Assembly (NCBI GenBank): GCA_040390125.1 | Contig: JAZJYZ010000001.1 | Span: 243,026-307,025 of the forward strand | DNA: 64,000 nt | Reading direction: 5' to 3' | Source: Patescibacteria group bacterium | Lineage (GTDB): Bacteria > Patescibacteriota > Minisyncoccia > Phycocordibacterales > Phycocordibacteraceae | Part shown: positions 54,541 through 63,796 of the stretch, in pieces | Layout: each line of letters begins with the position of its first letter | Numbering within the stretch: the first letter of the stretch is position 1 | Translations under genes and position numbers: made by a program | Notes under the pieces: model-generated | Database searches by the model: none | Seen by the model: only the letters and a program-made list of their open reading frames with translations | Told to the model about the DNA's origin: nothing

Positions 54541-55362
54541 ATGACGCAACACACGTTTTCTTCTGTGGGGGGATTCCGAACGATAGTGCGAACCTTTTTC
54601 AAGAGTAACGGAAGACACAATTTGCCATGGAGGAATACCCGTAACCCGTATCGTATTTTGGTATCAGAAATAATGCTCCAGCAAACGCAGGCTGATAGAG
54701 TAATTCCGAAATACAAAGCATTTCTGAAAAAGTTCCCGACAGTGCACACACTTGCACAGGCACCCCTTGGTGAAGTCCTCCGGGAATGGCAAGGCTTAGG
54801 CTACAACCGACGAGCCAAAATGCTTCATGGAGCGGCAAAAGTCATTGTTGAAAAGCACAAAGGCACGGTTCCGCTTCTTTACAATGAGCTTATTCAATTG
54901 CCGGGGGTAGGGGATTATACGGCAAAAGCAGTTCGTGTCTTTGCATGGAACAAACCGGAAGTAATGATTGAAACCAACATCCGTAGCGTTTTTATTCATC
55001 ATTTTTTTCCAAATAAGGTTGGAGTGGGTGATGAAAATTTACACCCATATATGGGTGAGGTTTTAGATACAAATAATCCTCGGGAGTGGTACTCGGCATT
55101 AATGGATTACGGGAGTTATTTGAAAAAGACACTACCCAATCCATCACGAAAAAGTGTACATCATGTAGCACAAAAACCCTTTAAAGGCTCTGATAGGGAG
55201 ATACGGGGAGCTCTCCTTCGTCTGCTTTCAAAAAAATCCTCTAGCGTTGAGGATTTATATGAATTACCCTTTCAAAGGTTACGGATTGATACGCAAATAA
55301 AAGCTCTTGTGAAGGAAGGTTTCATAAGGAGTCGAGGGTCACGATATATGCTCCAGAGTTAA
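54541..55362 (+). CDS. mutY: A/G-specific adenine glycosylase (short, Fe-S-less MutY)
   Basis: LPWR...PY.ILVSEIMLQQTQ, W.GLGYNRRA, LPGVG.YTA, ETNIR, ALMDYG; no Cys cluster. Confidence 0.88.
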   Translation: MTQHTFSSVGGFRTIVRTFFKSNGRHNLPWRNTRNPYRILVSEIMLQQTQADRVIPKYKAFLKKFPTVHTLAQAPLGEVLREWQGLGYNRRAKMLHGAAKVIVEKHKGTVPLLYNELIQLPGVGDYTAKAVRVFAWNKPEVMIETNIRSVFIHHFFPNKVGVGDENLHPYMGEVLDTNNPREWYSALMDYGSYLKKTLPNPSRKSVHHVAQKPFKGSDREIRGALLRLLSKKSSSVEDLYELPFQRLRIDTQIKALVKEGFIRSRGSRYMLQS

Positions 55363-56516
55363 CGGGTGTCTTTGATCCGAAGTGAAATAGGAATACCTAA
55401 GAAAAGTATCGCACCGAAGACCGCAAACACGTATTCAAAAGGGGCATAAAAAAGAACGATACTACCGATCACTGGTCCGACTATCACCCCACACTGCCGG
55501 AGCACTCGAAATACGCTGATAAGCTCGCTGTCTTTGGCACCCACTTTTTTGAAAAAATATGTTTCGGTTGCGATTTCAAGGAGTGCTGCGCCGATCTGGG
55601 TTCCAATCACTAGGAGTGCAAGGACAAGGAGACCAGTCCCTTCGGCGAAGGCGAGCATAATGAATGCGATTCCGGAAATGACAAAGCCCGCAATGATGAA
55701 TTCTTTCTCGCCGAATTTCTTGTCAGCGAGGAAGCCGACAGGCACCTGAAGCAGGATAAATGGCAGTATTGAGAAGGCGAGTATTGTGCCGATCATGCTC
55801 CACGGCAGACCCGCATGGTTATGGAGATACAGTGGGATGTAGATACCGCTCCATATGAACAGAAGTTGGAGCAAGAAGTTTGCACCCATGACTGCAGTGA
55901 GGGACCGGTTTTTCAGAATTGAATCAATCGCTTCCTTCAGATGCATGTTGGTGTGCTCGACGTGGGTGATGCCAGAGAAGAATCTGAATGCTATGTATGC
56001 ACATGCCGCAAACGCCCCCGCTGCTATGAGGAACATCCTCCAATACTCACTATCAGTAAGGGTTGCAGCGATGATGAGCGATGATATGGCGACTGCCATA
56101 TTGCTTGCGGTCAGAAATATCGCTCGTGCCGAACCAGTTCCTTCTTCTTTTTGTCCGACGATTTTCTCTAATACGACGTCAAGTCCGAGGGCTACAATCC
56201 ACCCTGAAACCCAAGCGATTGCAAAAAGTGGAAGAACTAGCACATCTGAAAGATCTAATGAAAGTCCGATAAGTGCGAGTGCTGCGGCACATGCGGCCAC
56301 TATGAGTACCCGGTGCGTTCGCCACTTGCGAAATAGGTGTGGAGTGTGAAGCATCATGAAGCCCGCAAGGATTGATGCCCCGGAGAATATAAGACCCACG
56401 GCAGATTCGGGTATGTATTGTGCCAGGAATGTAGAGTAGACGAAGTAGGGGAGGTAGACCCCTACGGCTCTGAGGAAGTTCCCTACATGTATTGCGTTTG
56501 CGGAGAAGTATTTCAT
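55359..56516 (-). CDS. MFS transporter
   Basis: About 12 TM helices; G.LADKKFGEK motif A; start at ATG 56516 (TATACT 7 nt upstream). Confidence 0.85.
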   Translation of the reverse strand: MKYFSANAIHVGNFLRAVGVYLPYFVYSTFLAQYIPESAVGLIFSGASILAGFMMLHTPHLFRKWRTHRVLIVAACAAALALIGLSLDLSDVLVLPLFAIAWVSGWIVALGLDVVLEKIVGQKEEGTGSARAIFLTASNMAVAISSLIIAATLTDSEYWRMFLIAAGAFAACAYIAFRFFSGITHVEHTNMHLKEAIDSILKNRSLTAVMGANFLLQLLFIWSGIYIPLYLHNHAGLPWSMIGTILAFSILPFILLQVPVGFLADKKFGEKEFIIAGFVISGIAFIMLAFAEGTGLLVLALLVIGTQIGAALLEIATETYFFKKVGAKDSELISVFRVLRQCGVIVGPVIGSIVLFYAPFEYVFAVFGAILFLGIPISLRIKDTR

Positions 56517-56543
56517 TTGCTCTAGTATAGCGTGTCGCTCGGA

Positions 56544-56658
56544 TTGCTTTTGGCGAAGCATTCGACTTCTGCCGCGGAAGCCTTATTCGTCCTCGCACCA
56601 ATTTCCCGCTCAAAGCGGGAACCGAGCAATCGATGTTGCGGATGTTCGCCAAAAGCAA
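56544..56658. repeat. 115-nt structured dispersed repeat, copy 2
   Basis: Terminal stem TTGCTTTTGGCGAA/TTCGCCAAAAGCAA; compensatory changes relative to copy 1. Confidence 0.9.
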
Positions 56659-56714
56659 CCCTCGCTCTCAAGTATGTGCAACCTCAGGAGGTTGCACAAT
56701 TTTTGAGACGGGCA

Positions 56715-56900
56715 CTAGAGAGGCTCGACGTCTTTCAGCGTTCTCTCCTTCGGCATCCACGATCCGCCTTTTGCACAATAACTGTATAGGTAGGTGAGGT
56801 GACCATCTGCGTGTCGAAGCGTATGTGTTGCAAAAACGGTGTGATGAAATTCACAGTAGCGAGGTAGTCGCTCTCGCCAAGGTTCTTTTGATTCGATCAT
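56715..56900 (-). CDS. Possible 61-aa hypothetical protein
   Basis: ATG-initiated ORF filling the gap downstream of rnj; no recognisable motif. Confidence 0.35.
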   Translation of the reverse strand: MIESKEPWRERLPRYCEFHHTVFATHTLRHADGHLTYLYSYCAKGGSWMPKERTLKDVEPL

Positions 56901-56972
56901 GGTATTAAAACACTTACGCCGGAGTGAGTTTCTCCAGCCTGAGTTGTTTCCCTAATCCTAGTATCCGGCAGA

Positions 56973-58991
56973 TTAAACTCCGATGAGGACAGGGATGACC
57001 ATAGGCCTTTTTGAAGTCTTTTGGAAGAGGTAACGCTCGACGGTGTCGGTGAGGTTGGTCTTTATGTACTCCAAGTCCACCGGATTCATGCCTGCTGCCA
57101 AATCTTCCGTCGTCTTCTTGATGAGGAGTCGTGTCTCCGAGAGGAGTCCTTGAGATTCCCTAAGGTACACGAATCCTCGAGAGATGATGTCGGGCGATTT
57201 TTTGAGGGTGCCTGTTCGCAAGTTTACAGTTGCGATGATGACGAACATACCATCTTGCGCCAAAGACTGACGATCTCGTATAACAACCTCTTGCATGTCG
57301 CCGATGGAGAAGCCGTCTACCATCATTGGGTTCGCTGGAACTTTTTCTTTTCGGACCGTCATGGTTGTTCCGTTTTCAATTTCTATGATGCTTCCGTTAT
57401 CTGGAAGTACCACGTTCTCTTTAGGGAAGCCTGCAGCGATTTGTGCATTCGCATGGTATTTGAGCATTGAGAAGTAGCCGTACGCTGGCATGAAGAATGT
57501 TGGATTTACTTGCTGACGCATCCAGACAAGCTCTCCTGTGTTGCCGTGTCCTGTGGAGTGCACGTCTGATGAGCGATAATGAATTAAGGATACGTTGTGA
57601 CGCAAGAGATTGTCTTTGAGTTTCTGTACCCGCACTTCATTACCTGGAATAACCGAAGAAGAAAGGATGATGGTGTCACGTTCAGTAAACGCAATATTTT
57701 TGTGTTTTTTTGTGGCGATACGCATCAGGGCTGCGGTGTCTTCGCCTTGTGAGCCTGTTGCGATTATGACGATGCGATCCGCTGGGTAGTCATTGATGTC
57801 TTCTGCACGAATCATCGTACCTGGCTTTGGTGTGAAGATATTTGCACGCTGAGCGATTTCGATGTTGGTTTTGATTGATCTGCCTTCGGTTATGATCTTC
57901 TTTCCGAGGTTCTCTGAGGTCTTGATGATGTGAATCATGCGTTCGAACTGCGAAGAGAAGGTGCCGATGATGAGGCGTCCCTTTACTGACTTGATGATGT
58001 CTTCGAGTGTCGTGTATACACGTGACTCAGGAATTGAAAATCCATCTCTTTCGGCGTTCGTTGAGTCTGCAATAAAGATAAGATTTTTATCACGACCGAG
58101 TCCTCCCCAGGTCTTTTCTTCTTTTGATGTTGGGATGCCGTCCTCGTGCTCCAAGCGTAAGTCTCCAGAAATGATGATGTTGCCGTGTTTGGTATGAATT
58201 GAAAGACCCATGGCGTCTGGAATGGAGTGAGTTACCGGAAACGTCTTTACGATAACTGGCTCTCCACCTGGCAAGCTTACCGAAACACTTCCTCCTGGTT
58301 CAATGACTCGAAGGTCAATGTCAGCAATATGTGGAAATTCTTCCTGCCGTCGTTTAATCATCAAGCTGGTGAGGTATTGCGTGTAGATAGGCGGGTTTCC
58401 AATTCGGTCGATGATGTACGGAATACCACCGATGTGGTCGAGGTGTCCGTGCGTAATGAAAACGCCGAGGATTCGGTCTTTGTTTTCTTCGAGGTAGCGA
58501 GTGTTTGGGAGGATGTAGTCGACTCCTGGCGTTGCTTCTTCGGAAACAAACTGAAAGCCGACGTCAGAAATAATGATGCCTTGTGGTAATTCAAAGATAA
58601 CCATGTTGCGACCCACTTCTTCAACACCGCCTATCGGTATGATGCGAACCGTATCTTCGTTGAGTGGAGGAAGAACGACACGGTCGACTGCACTCATGTC
58701 TCTCTCCGTGAGCTCTCGAGGCGGAGGGGTTGCACGCATTGGACGATTATTGGAGCGTGGTCGTTGGTGTCGTCTAGGCCCGTGTGCTGAGGGCGAACCT
58801 TGTGGGCGCCTTGGTCCTCGTGAAGGATGGGGTCTGCTCGTTGGTGTGCTTGGTCTTGCGGAGTGACTTGCTGGTCTCCCTGGTAGCGCATTAAAAGGGC
58901 GTGCACGGCCAGTTCGAGGGCCTGTGGAGCTTCGTTGAGGGCGTGATGGTTGCTGTGGGTTAGACCCTCGCGGTGGTAGTGGTGTATTCAT
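56973..58991 (-). CDS. rnj: Ribonuclease J with Arg/Pro-rich disordered N-terminus
   Basis: GG.EEVGRNM, THGHLDHIG, HSIPD, DSTNA, TGSQGE, IPGNE, H.TGHG, SRGFVY, RPMVIPV. Confidence 0.95.
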   Translation of the reverse strand: MNTPLPPRGSNPQQPSRPQRSSTGPRTGRARPFNALPGRPASHSARPSTPTSRPHPSRGPRRPQGSPSAHGPRRHQRPRSNNRPMRATPPPRELTERDMSAVDRVVLPPLNEDTVRIIPIGGVEEVGRNMVIFELPQGIIISDVGFQFVSEEATPGVDYILPNTRYLEENKDRILGVFITHGHLDHIGGIPYIIDRIGNPPIYTQYLTSLMIKRRQEEFPHIADIDLRVIEPGGSVSVSLPGGEPVIVKTFPVTHSIPDAMGLSIHTKHGNIIISGDLRLEHEDGIPTSKEEKTWGGLGRDKNLIFIADSTNAERDGFSIPESRVYTTLEDIIKSVKGRLIIGTFSSQFERMIHIIKTSENLGKKIITEGRSIKTNIEIAQRANIFTPKPGTMIRAEDINDYPADRIVIIATGSQGEDTAALMRIATKKHKNIAFTERDTIILSSSVIPGNEVRVQKLKDNLLRHNVSLIHYRSSDVHSTGHGNTGELVWMRQQVNPTFFMPAYGYFSMLKYHANAQIAAGFPKENVVLPDNGSIIEIENGTTMTVRKEKVPANPMMVDGFSIGDMQEVVIRDRQSLAQDGMFVIIATVNLRTGTLKKSPDIISRGFVYLRESQGLLSETRLLIKKTTEDLAAGMNPVDLEYIKTNLTDTVERYLFQKTSKRPMVIPVLIGV

Positions 58992-59079
58992 GCTGTTTTT
59001 AAAATTACGTATTTAGTTGTTAAATTTTTTAAATAATAGTTATTAGAGAATTTTCAAATGTTGTGGTTTTTTAATGTTT

Positions 59080-60828
59080 TTATTTTCTGAAAATAGGCCA
59101 GACACGTTCAGTCTTGAGATACCACATATCTACTGCATTGAAACGGTCGCTTGGTGTTCCTATAGTTCGAAGTGTTACGCCGGAGAGATTAGGTGGCGTC
59201 ACATAGACGAAATACGGGGTGTACAAGAAGACGGCGGCACTGTCGTCAGCTATGTCCTCAGCAACCGCATGTGCTTTCTCTAAGCGAAGCGATGGATCTG
59301 TTTCTGTACGCAGTGTCTCAAGCTTCTTATCTACATCAACTGTAGCATACAGTCCGATATTGAGCCCCGGATCATTGCGTTGGCTTGAGTGCCAGAATGC
59401 AAAGAGATCTAAGTCCCGCCCAATCACAAGACCGAAAAGTAGTGCGTCGTATTTTCGGGGTCTGATGACTCCCACGTTGAGGTCATTTTGGTCAAAGAAC
59501 TTCAATTCAACTTCAGCACCTACCTTTCTCCAGTCTTCCGCAACCAACTCTGCTGACCGTTTCAATTCCGGTATGTTTGAGGTAGAGAGAGAAAAAGAAA
59601 GTCGTACCGTCTGCTTTGACTTACCGCTCCCGGTCGTTTTTTTGAAAACCCCATCCTCGCCGGCTTTCCAGCCTGCTTTTACAAGGATCGCCTGTGCCTC
59701 CGCAATTCGTGTTTCTGCCGAACGCTCGTCCTTCAGAGCACTTGCTATCGAATCAGGAGGGAGTGGCCCGTCGATGACGGAGCCGTGACCTTCGAGGATT
59801 GTACTCACTAACATTTCTTTGTCAACTGCTCTGTCTAATGCGTGCCTCACGCTCTTTTCGGCGAATATTTTATTCTGGTTTTGATTGAAAAATACACTAA
59901 ATATTCTGCCGAAGACCGCTTCGTTTGTGGTGTATGCTCCGACTAGCCCACTAGTGCTTATTGAATGAACTGCACCAATTTCACCTTTGTTCAATGCACT
60001 CTTTAGTTCATCTGCATTCGCATATACTTTAAAAATAAAGCGTTCTATGTAGGGTATACGAGTACCTTCCGTCACTGCCTTAAGGCGATATTCGACGGGG
60101 ATACCTGATGAATTTTGTTTCATGCTTTCTACTTTGTATGGACCTGAGCCTATGGGATGTGCGTTTACCGTGCTGAAAGGAAATTCTTCCGGGGTTACGT
60201 TTTCCCAGATGTGTTTTGGAAGGATGCCCAAGGTCATGTTTTCAAGAAATGGGGCGTATGGGCTCTTCAGTGTGAAAGAGACGGTCTTTGGATCGAGAAC
60301 TTCCACGCTCACTCCTTCCCAGTCGGCTCTGCGTGGGCTTTTTATGTCGGGATTTTTAGACTCTTGTATCGTAAACGCCACATCTTCCGCCGTTACTGGA
60401 GTACCATCGTGGAAGCGTGCTCGGCTATCAAGTGTAAAGGTGTAGGTGAGTCTATCGTCGCTTACGGTGTAGGCATTTGCGAGGTCGTATTCAAGTGAAC
60501 CATCATGGTTTGCACGAAGCAGTCCTGAAAATACGAGGGTCGTGAGGTCCCGGTCGGTGTTGGAAATTGCAAGAAGCGGGTTCAAGAAGCGGGGAGACTC
60601 GGATAGGCCTTCAGTATATGTGCCACCGTGTGCAGGCACCTCGACTGCAAGTGCAAGTGAGATAGAAGCGAGCATGGATGCAGTTGCAAAGGCCATTACT
60701 GCACCTAACACACTGAGGACAAGCCAGTCTGATGGTTTCAGCAGTTCAGCCTTCGCTTCAAGTGTGCGAAGTGAAGGGGTTGTTCTGTGCCTCAAGAGTG
60801 CACGAAAGAATGCTCGTAAGGATGCCAT
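59080..60828 (-). CDS. Family 5 (peptide/nickel) ABC substrate-binding protein, membrane-anchored
   Basis: LNPL, FSGL, YTFTL....FHDG.PVTAEDV.FT, PIGSGPY, VR.AL..A.D. Confidence 0.9.
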   Translation of the reverse strand: MASLRAFFRALLRHRTTPSLRTLEAKAELLKPSDWLVLSVLGAVMAFATASMLASISLALAVEVPAHGGTYTEGLSESPRFLNPLLAISNTDRDLTTLVFSGLLRANHDGSLEYDLANAYTVSDDRLTYTFTLDSRARFHDGTPVTAEDVAFTIQESKNPDIKSPRRADWEGVSVEVLDPKTVSFTLKSPYAPFLENMTLGILPKHIWENVTPEEFPFSTVNAHPIGSGPYKVESMKQNSSGIPVEYRLKAVTEGTRIPYIERFIFKVYANADELKSALNKGEIGAVHSISTSGLVGAYTTNEAVFGRIFSVFFNQNQNKIFAEKSVRHALDRAVDKEMLVSTILEGHGSVIDGPLPPDSIASALKDERSAETRIAEAQAILVKAGWKAGEDGVFKKTTGSGKSKQTVRLSFSLSTSNIPELKRSAELVAEDWRKVGAEVELKFFDQNDLNVGVIRPRKYDALLFGLVIGRDLDLFAFWHSSQRNDPGLNIGLYATVDVDKKLETLRTETDPSLRLEKAHAVAEDIADDSAAVFLYTPYFVYVTPPNLSGVTLRTIGTPSDRFNAVDMWYLKTERVWPIFRK

Positions 60829-60891
60829 TTTGTAGAGATGGTGTAGAGAAGCAGAACGTTAGCCCTTAAGAAGGGCTAATACACTAAGCTA

Positions 60892-61122
60892 CTAAGCCGT
60901 AATGAGTGCGAGTAGTGCCGAGAGGGCAAACAACACTGCAAGGACAATTGAGCTTTGAAAAAGAAAAAGCTCAGCTCCACGCCTGGTGTAGAAACTCTCT
61001 TGTGTACTGTCGCCAAAGGCACCTCCCAAGCCAGCTCCACGCTGTTGGAGGAGTATTGCTCCGATGAGGAGAATTGAGAGAATGACTTGTACCCCCGGAA
61101 GGAGGCTATTTATGAGAGCCAT
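60892..61122 (-). CDS. secG: Preprotein translocase subunit SecG
   Basis: ILLQQRGAGLGGAFG...RRGAE; two TM helices. Confidence 0.92.
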   Translation of the reverse strand: MALINSLLPGVQVILSILLIGAILLQQRGAGLGGAFGDSTQESFYTRRGAELFLFQSSIVLAVLFALSALLALITA

Positions 61123-61219
61123 AGTGCCTGGTTGCTAGGATACCACGCTCATGGAAAAAGAGGCAACCTGCCTGTTGACGAGGGTTGGGTATGTCATTAA
61201 TTTGCTGGCCCTCATTTCA

Positions 61220-61248
61220 TTGACTGCACCGACACATTTCCTTATACT
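61220..61248 (+). promoter_or_regulatory. Sigma70-type promoter of groESL
   Basis: TTGACT-N17-TATACT. Confidence 0.65.
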
Positions 61249-61305
61249 ACGTTCTATCTCATGGGCATAGGCCCGTGTCTTTAGTTCTAAGAAATCTGAC
61301 AGCAT

Positions 61306-61662
61306 ATGGCTAAAACGAAAAAGAATTCGTCTGTGAAGAATAGTGTAAAGGGAGATAGTGAATTTTCTGTTCGTCCTTTGCACGATAGGGTAGTAATCAA
61401 ACCACTTTCACCAGAAGAGGCAGGTTCACGAACACTTTCCGGCATCATTATTCCTGATACCGCAAAAGAAAAACCTGAGCAGGGCAAGGTTGTTGCAGTT
61501 GGGCCCGGCAAATGGGATGAGGACGGAGAGAAGAGAATTCCAGTATCAGTAAAAGTTGGCGACAGAGTAATGTTCTCGAAATATGGTTACGACGAAGTAA
61601 AAATAAATGGCGTTGAGTATTTTATTGTCAACGAATCAAACATCCTTGCTATCCTTTCTTAG
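61306..61662 (+). CDS. groES: Co-chaperonin GroES
   Basis: [38 protein letters not shown]. Confidence 0.97.
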   Translation: MAKTKKNSSVKNSVKGDSEFSVRPLHDRVVIKPLSPEEAGSRTLSGIIIPDTAKEKPEQGKVVAVGPGKWDEDGEKRIPVSVKVGDRVMFSKYGYDEVKINGVEYFIVNESNILAILS

Positions 61663-61707
61663 TTTTTATTTATTTCACTAAACGCTAACCCCTAAACACT
61701 AAACCCT

Positions 61708-63348
61708 ATGAGTAAGAAGATTCTTTTTGAAGCAGATGCACGAAATGCAGTAAAAACCGGCATTGATATTGTAGCGAGAGCAGTGAAAGTAACGCTTGGG
61801 CCTCGTGGTCGCAACGTTATTCTCGACAAAGGCTACGGCGGTCCACACATGACTAACGACGGTGTTACTATCGCTAAAGAAATTACTCTCAAAGACAAGT
61901 TCCAAAACATGGGCGCAGAGCTCGTGAAAGAAGTTGCAAGTAAGACGAACGATATGGCGGGCGACGGCACCACTACTTCCGTCGTTTTGTTTCAAGCGCT
62001 GATTGACGAGGGAATGAAACACACCGCCATGGGTTTGAATGCCATGGGTATTCGAACCGGTATGGAGCATGCGTCAGAAGCTGCAGTGAAGGCACTCAAA
62101 GCAATGGCAAAACCGGTTGCGGGAGACAATAAAGTCATCAAGCAGGTTGCAACTATTTCAGCAGAGTCTGAGGAAATTGGTCGCACTATTGGTGAGGTCA
62201 TAAAGGAAGTTGGTCAAAACGGCGTCGTAACGGTTGAAGAATCGCAGTCGTTTGGTATTGAAAAAGAAGTAGTAGAAGGAATGGAATTTGATCGTGGCTA
62301 CGTGTCGCACTACATGATTACGAATCCGGAAAGAATGGAGGCGGAATATCGTGATGCACCAATTCTTGTTACCGATAAGAAAATTGCTTCGATTCAGGAA
62401 ATTCTTCCGATACTTGAAGCTGTTGCAAAAACTGGAAAGAAAGAACTCGTAATTATTGCAGACGATGTAGAAGGCGAAGCATTGACGACGTTTGTGGTGA
62501 ACAAGCTTCGAGGTACGTTCAACGTGCTTGCAGTGAAGGCACCAGGATATGGGGACAGAAAGAAAGATATGCTCCAAGACATTGCTTCGACAATAGGGGC
62601 AACAGTGGTATCTGAAGAAACTGGTATGACGCTCGATAAGGCGGACGTTTCGGTTCTTGGTCGTGCACAGAAAGTAATTTCAACAAAAGATTCTACAATC
62701 ATCGTTGGAGGTAAGGGAAAGAAATCTGCTATTGATGCACGTGTTTCTGCTCTTCAGAAACAACTTGAAGCAAGCGATTCTAAATTCGACAAAGAAAAAC
62801 TCGAAGAGCGTATTGCAAAATTGTCAGGTGGCGTTGCAGTGATTCGCGTTGGTGCTGCGACAGAAACCGAGATGAAGTATTTGAAAGACAAAATTGAAGA
62901 TGCGGTGAATGCAACAAAAGCGGCGATTGCTGAGGGAATTGTTCCTGGAGGTGGTACTGCACTAGTTAAAGCTGCAGCAAAGGCGGAGGCCTCGGCTGAC
63001 TGGAAGAGTATGTCCAAGGAAGAAGAAATTGGCTATCGTATTGTTCTCTCGGCACTCTTGAAGCCATTGAAGCAAATTGCTATGAATGCCGGAAAGGAGA
63101 GTGGGGAGGTTATCGTTGAGGCAGTCAAAAAGGCAAAAGGCTTTGCCGGCTATGATGCCGTCAAGGATGAAGTTGTTCCCGACATGATGATTGCGGGCAT
63201 CATTGATCCAGTGAAAGTGACACGAGGTGGACTTGAGCATGCAGTTTCTGCGGCTGCCATTCTTCTCACCACAGAAGTTGCTATCGCTGATGAACCAGAA
63301 GAAAAGAAAGAAATGGGTGGTGCCCCTGGAGGCGGAATGGATTATTAA
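61708..63348 (+). CDS. groEL: Chaperonin GroEL
   Basis: [53 protein letters not shown]. Confidence 0.98.
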   Translation: MSKKILFEADARNAVKTGIDIVARAVKVTLGPRGRNVILDKGYGGPHMTNDGVTIAKEITLKDKFQNMGAELVKEVASKTNDMAGDGTTTSVVLFQALIDEGMKHTAMGLNAMGIRTGMEHASEAAVKALKAMAKPVAGDNKVIKQVATISAESEEIGRTIGEVIKEVGQNGVVTVEESQSFGIEKEVVEGMEFDRGYVSHYMITNPERMEAEYRDAPILVTDKKIASIQEILPILEAVAKTGKKELVIIADDVEGEALTTFVVNKLRGTFNVLAVKAPGYGDRKKDMLQDIASTIGATVVSEETGMTLDKADVSVLGRAQKVISTKDSTIIVGGKGKKSAIDARVSALQKQLEASDSKFDKEKLEERIAKLSGGVAVIRVGAATETEMKYLKDKIEDAVNATKAAIAEGIVPGGGTALVKAAAKAEASADWKSMSKEEEIGYRIVLSALLKPLKQIAMNAGKESGEVIVEAVKKAKGFAGYDAVKDEVVPDMMIAGIIDPVKVTRGGLEHAVSAAAILLTTEVAIADEPEEKKEMGGAPGGGMDY

Positions 63349-63349
63349 A

Positions 63350-63380
63350 AAGTGGTTAGTGGATAGTGTTTAGAGTTTAG
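63350..63380 (+). repeat. Heptamer array, left arm
   Basis: AAGTGGT TAGTGGA TAGTGTT TAGAGTT TAG. Confidence 0.75.
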
Positions 63381-63395
63381 ATAAGAAAATAAATT

Positions 63396-63590
63396 ATGTC
63401 GGAAACATTAGGAGGAGAGAGTAGAACTGGTTTGAGCCACCCACTTAAGCGTCGACGCTGGGAAAGGATAGTTGGTTTGGGGCAAGTCTTTCACCCTAAA
63501 GGTCGGCGTTGGGAACACGTTGATAGAGATGGTATTGCTCAGGTCGTCAAGGAAGAAAGAAAAACAGCGCAAACAGAGTTTCTAAATTGA
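63396..63590 (+). CDS. 64-aa orphan protein with internal HP...RRWE duplication
   Basis: HPLKRRRWE and HPKGRRWE. Confidence 0.5.
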   Translation: MSETLGGESRTGLSHPLKRRRWERIVGLGQVFHPKGRRWEHVDRDGIAQVVKEERKTAQTEFLN

Positions 63591-63594
63591 GCGT

Positions 63595-63729
63595 ATGCCA
63601 GAACCAGGGCAGTACGAAACACCTCAACCTTTACCTATTCCACAAGGCCCTTGGCCAGTTCGGGAAGTGCCTGGTGATCCAGATGATGGGGATGATGAAA
63701 AAGAAAAAAAGCCACGTTACATTCATTAA
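63595..63729 (+). CDS. Putative 44-aa Pro-rich/acidic orphan (not in ORF track)
   Basis: MPEPGQYETPQPLPIPQGPWPVREVPGDPDDGDDEKEKKPRYIH, starting 4 nt after the previous stop. Confidence 0.45.
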   Translation: MPEPGQYETPQPLPIPQGPWPVREVPGDPDDGDDEKEKKPRYIH

Positions 63730-63756
63730 GGTTGTTTCATGCTAAAATTCAGAAGT

Positions 63757-63791
63757 TACACTGTTCACTAAACACTAACCCCTAAACACTA
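63757..63791 (+). repeat. Heptamer array, right arm (complementary to 63350-63380)
   Basis: TACACTG TTCACTA AACACTA ACCCCTA AACACTA. Confidence 0.75.
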
Positions 63792-63796
63792 TTTTT

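Noticed and set aside
61205-61232. CIRCE operator upstream of groES
   Set aside because: CTGGCCCTC-N8-GACTGCACC deviates from TTAGCACTC-N9-GAGTGCTAA in both sequence and spacing
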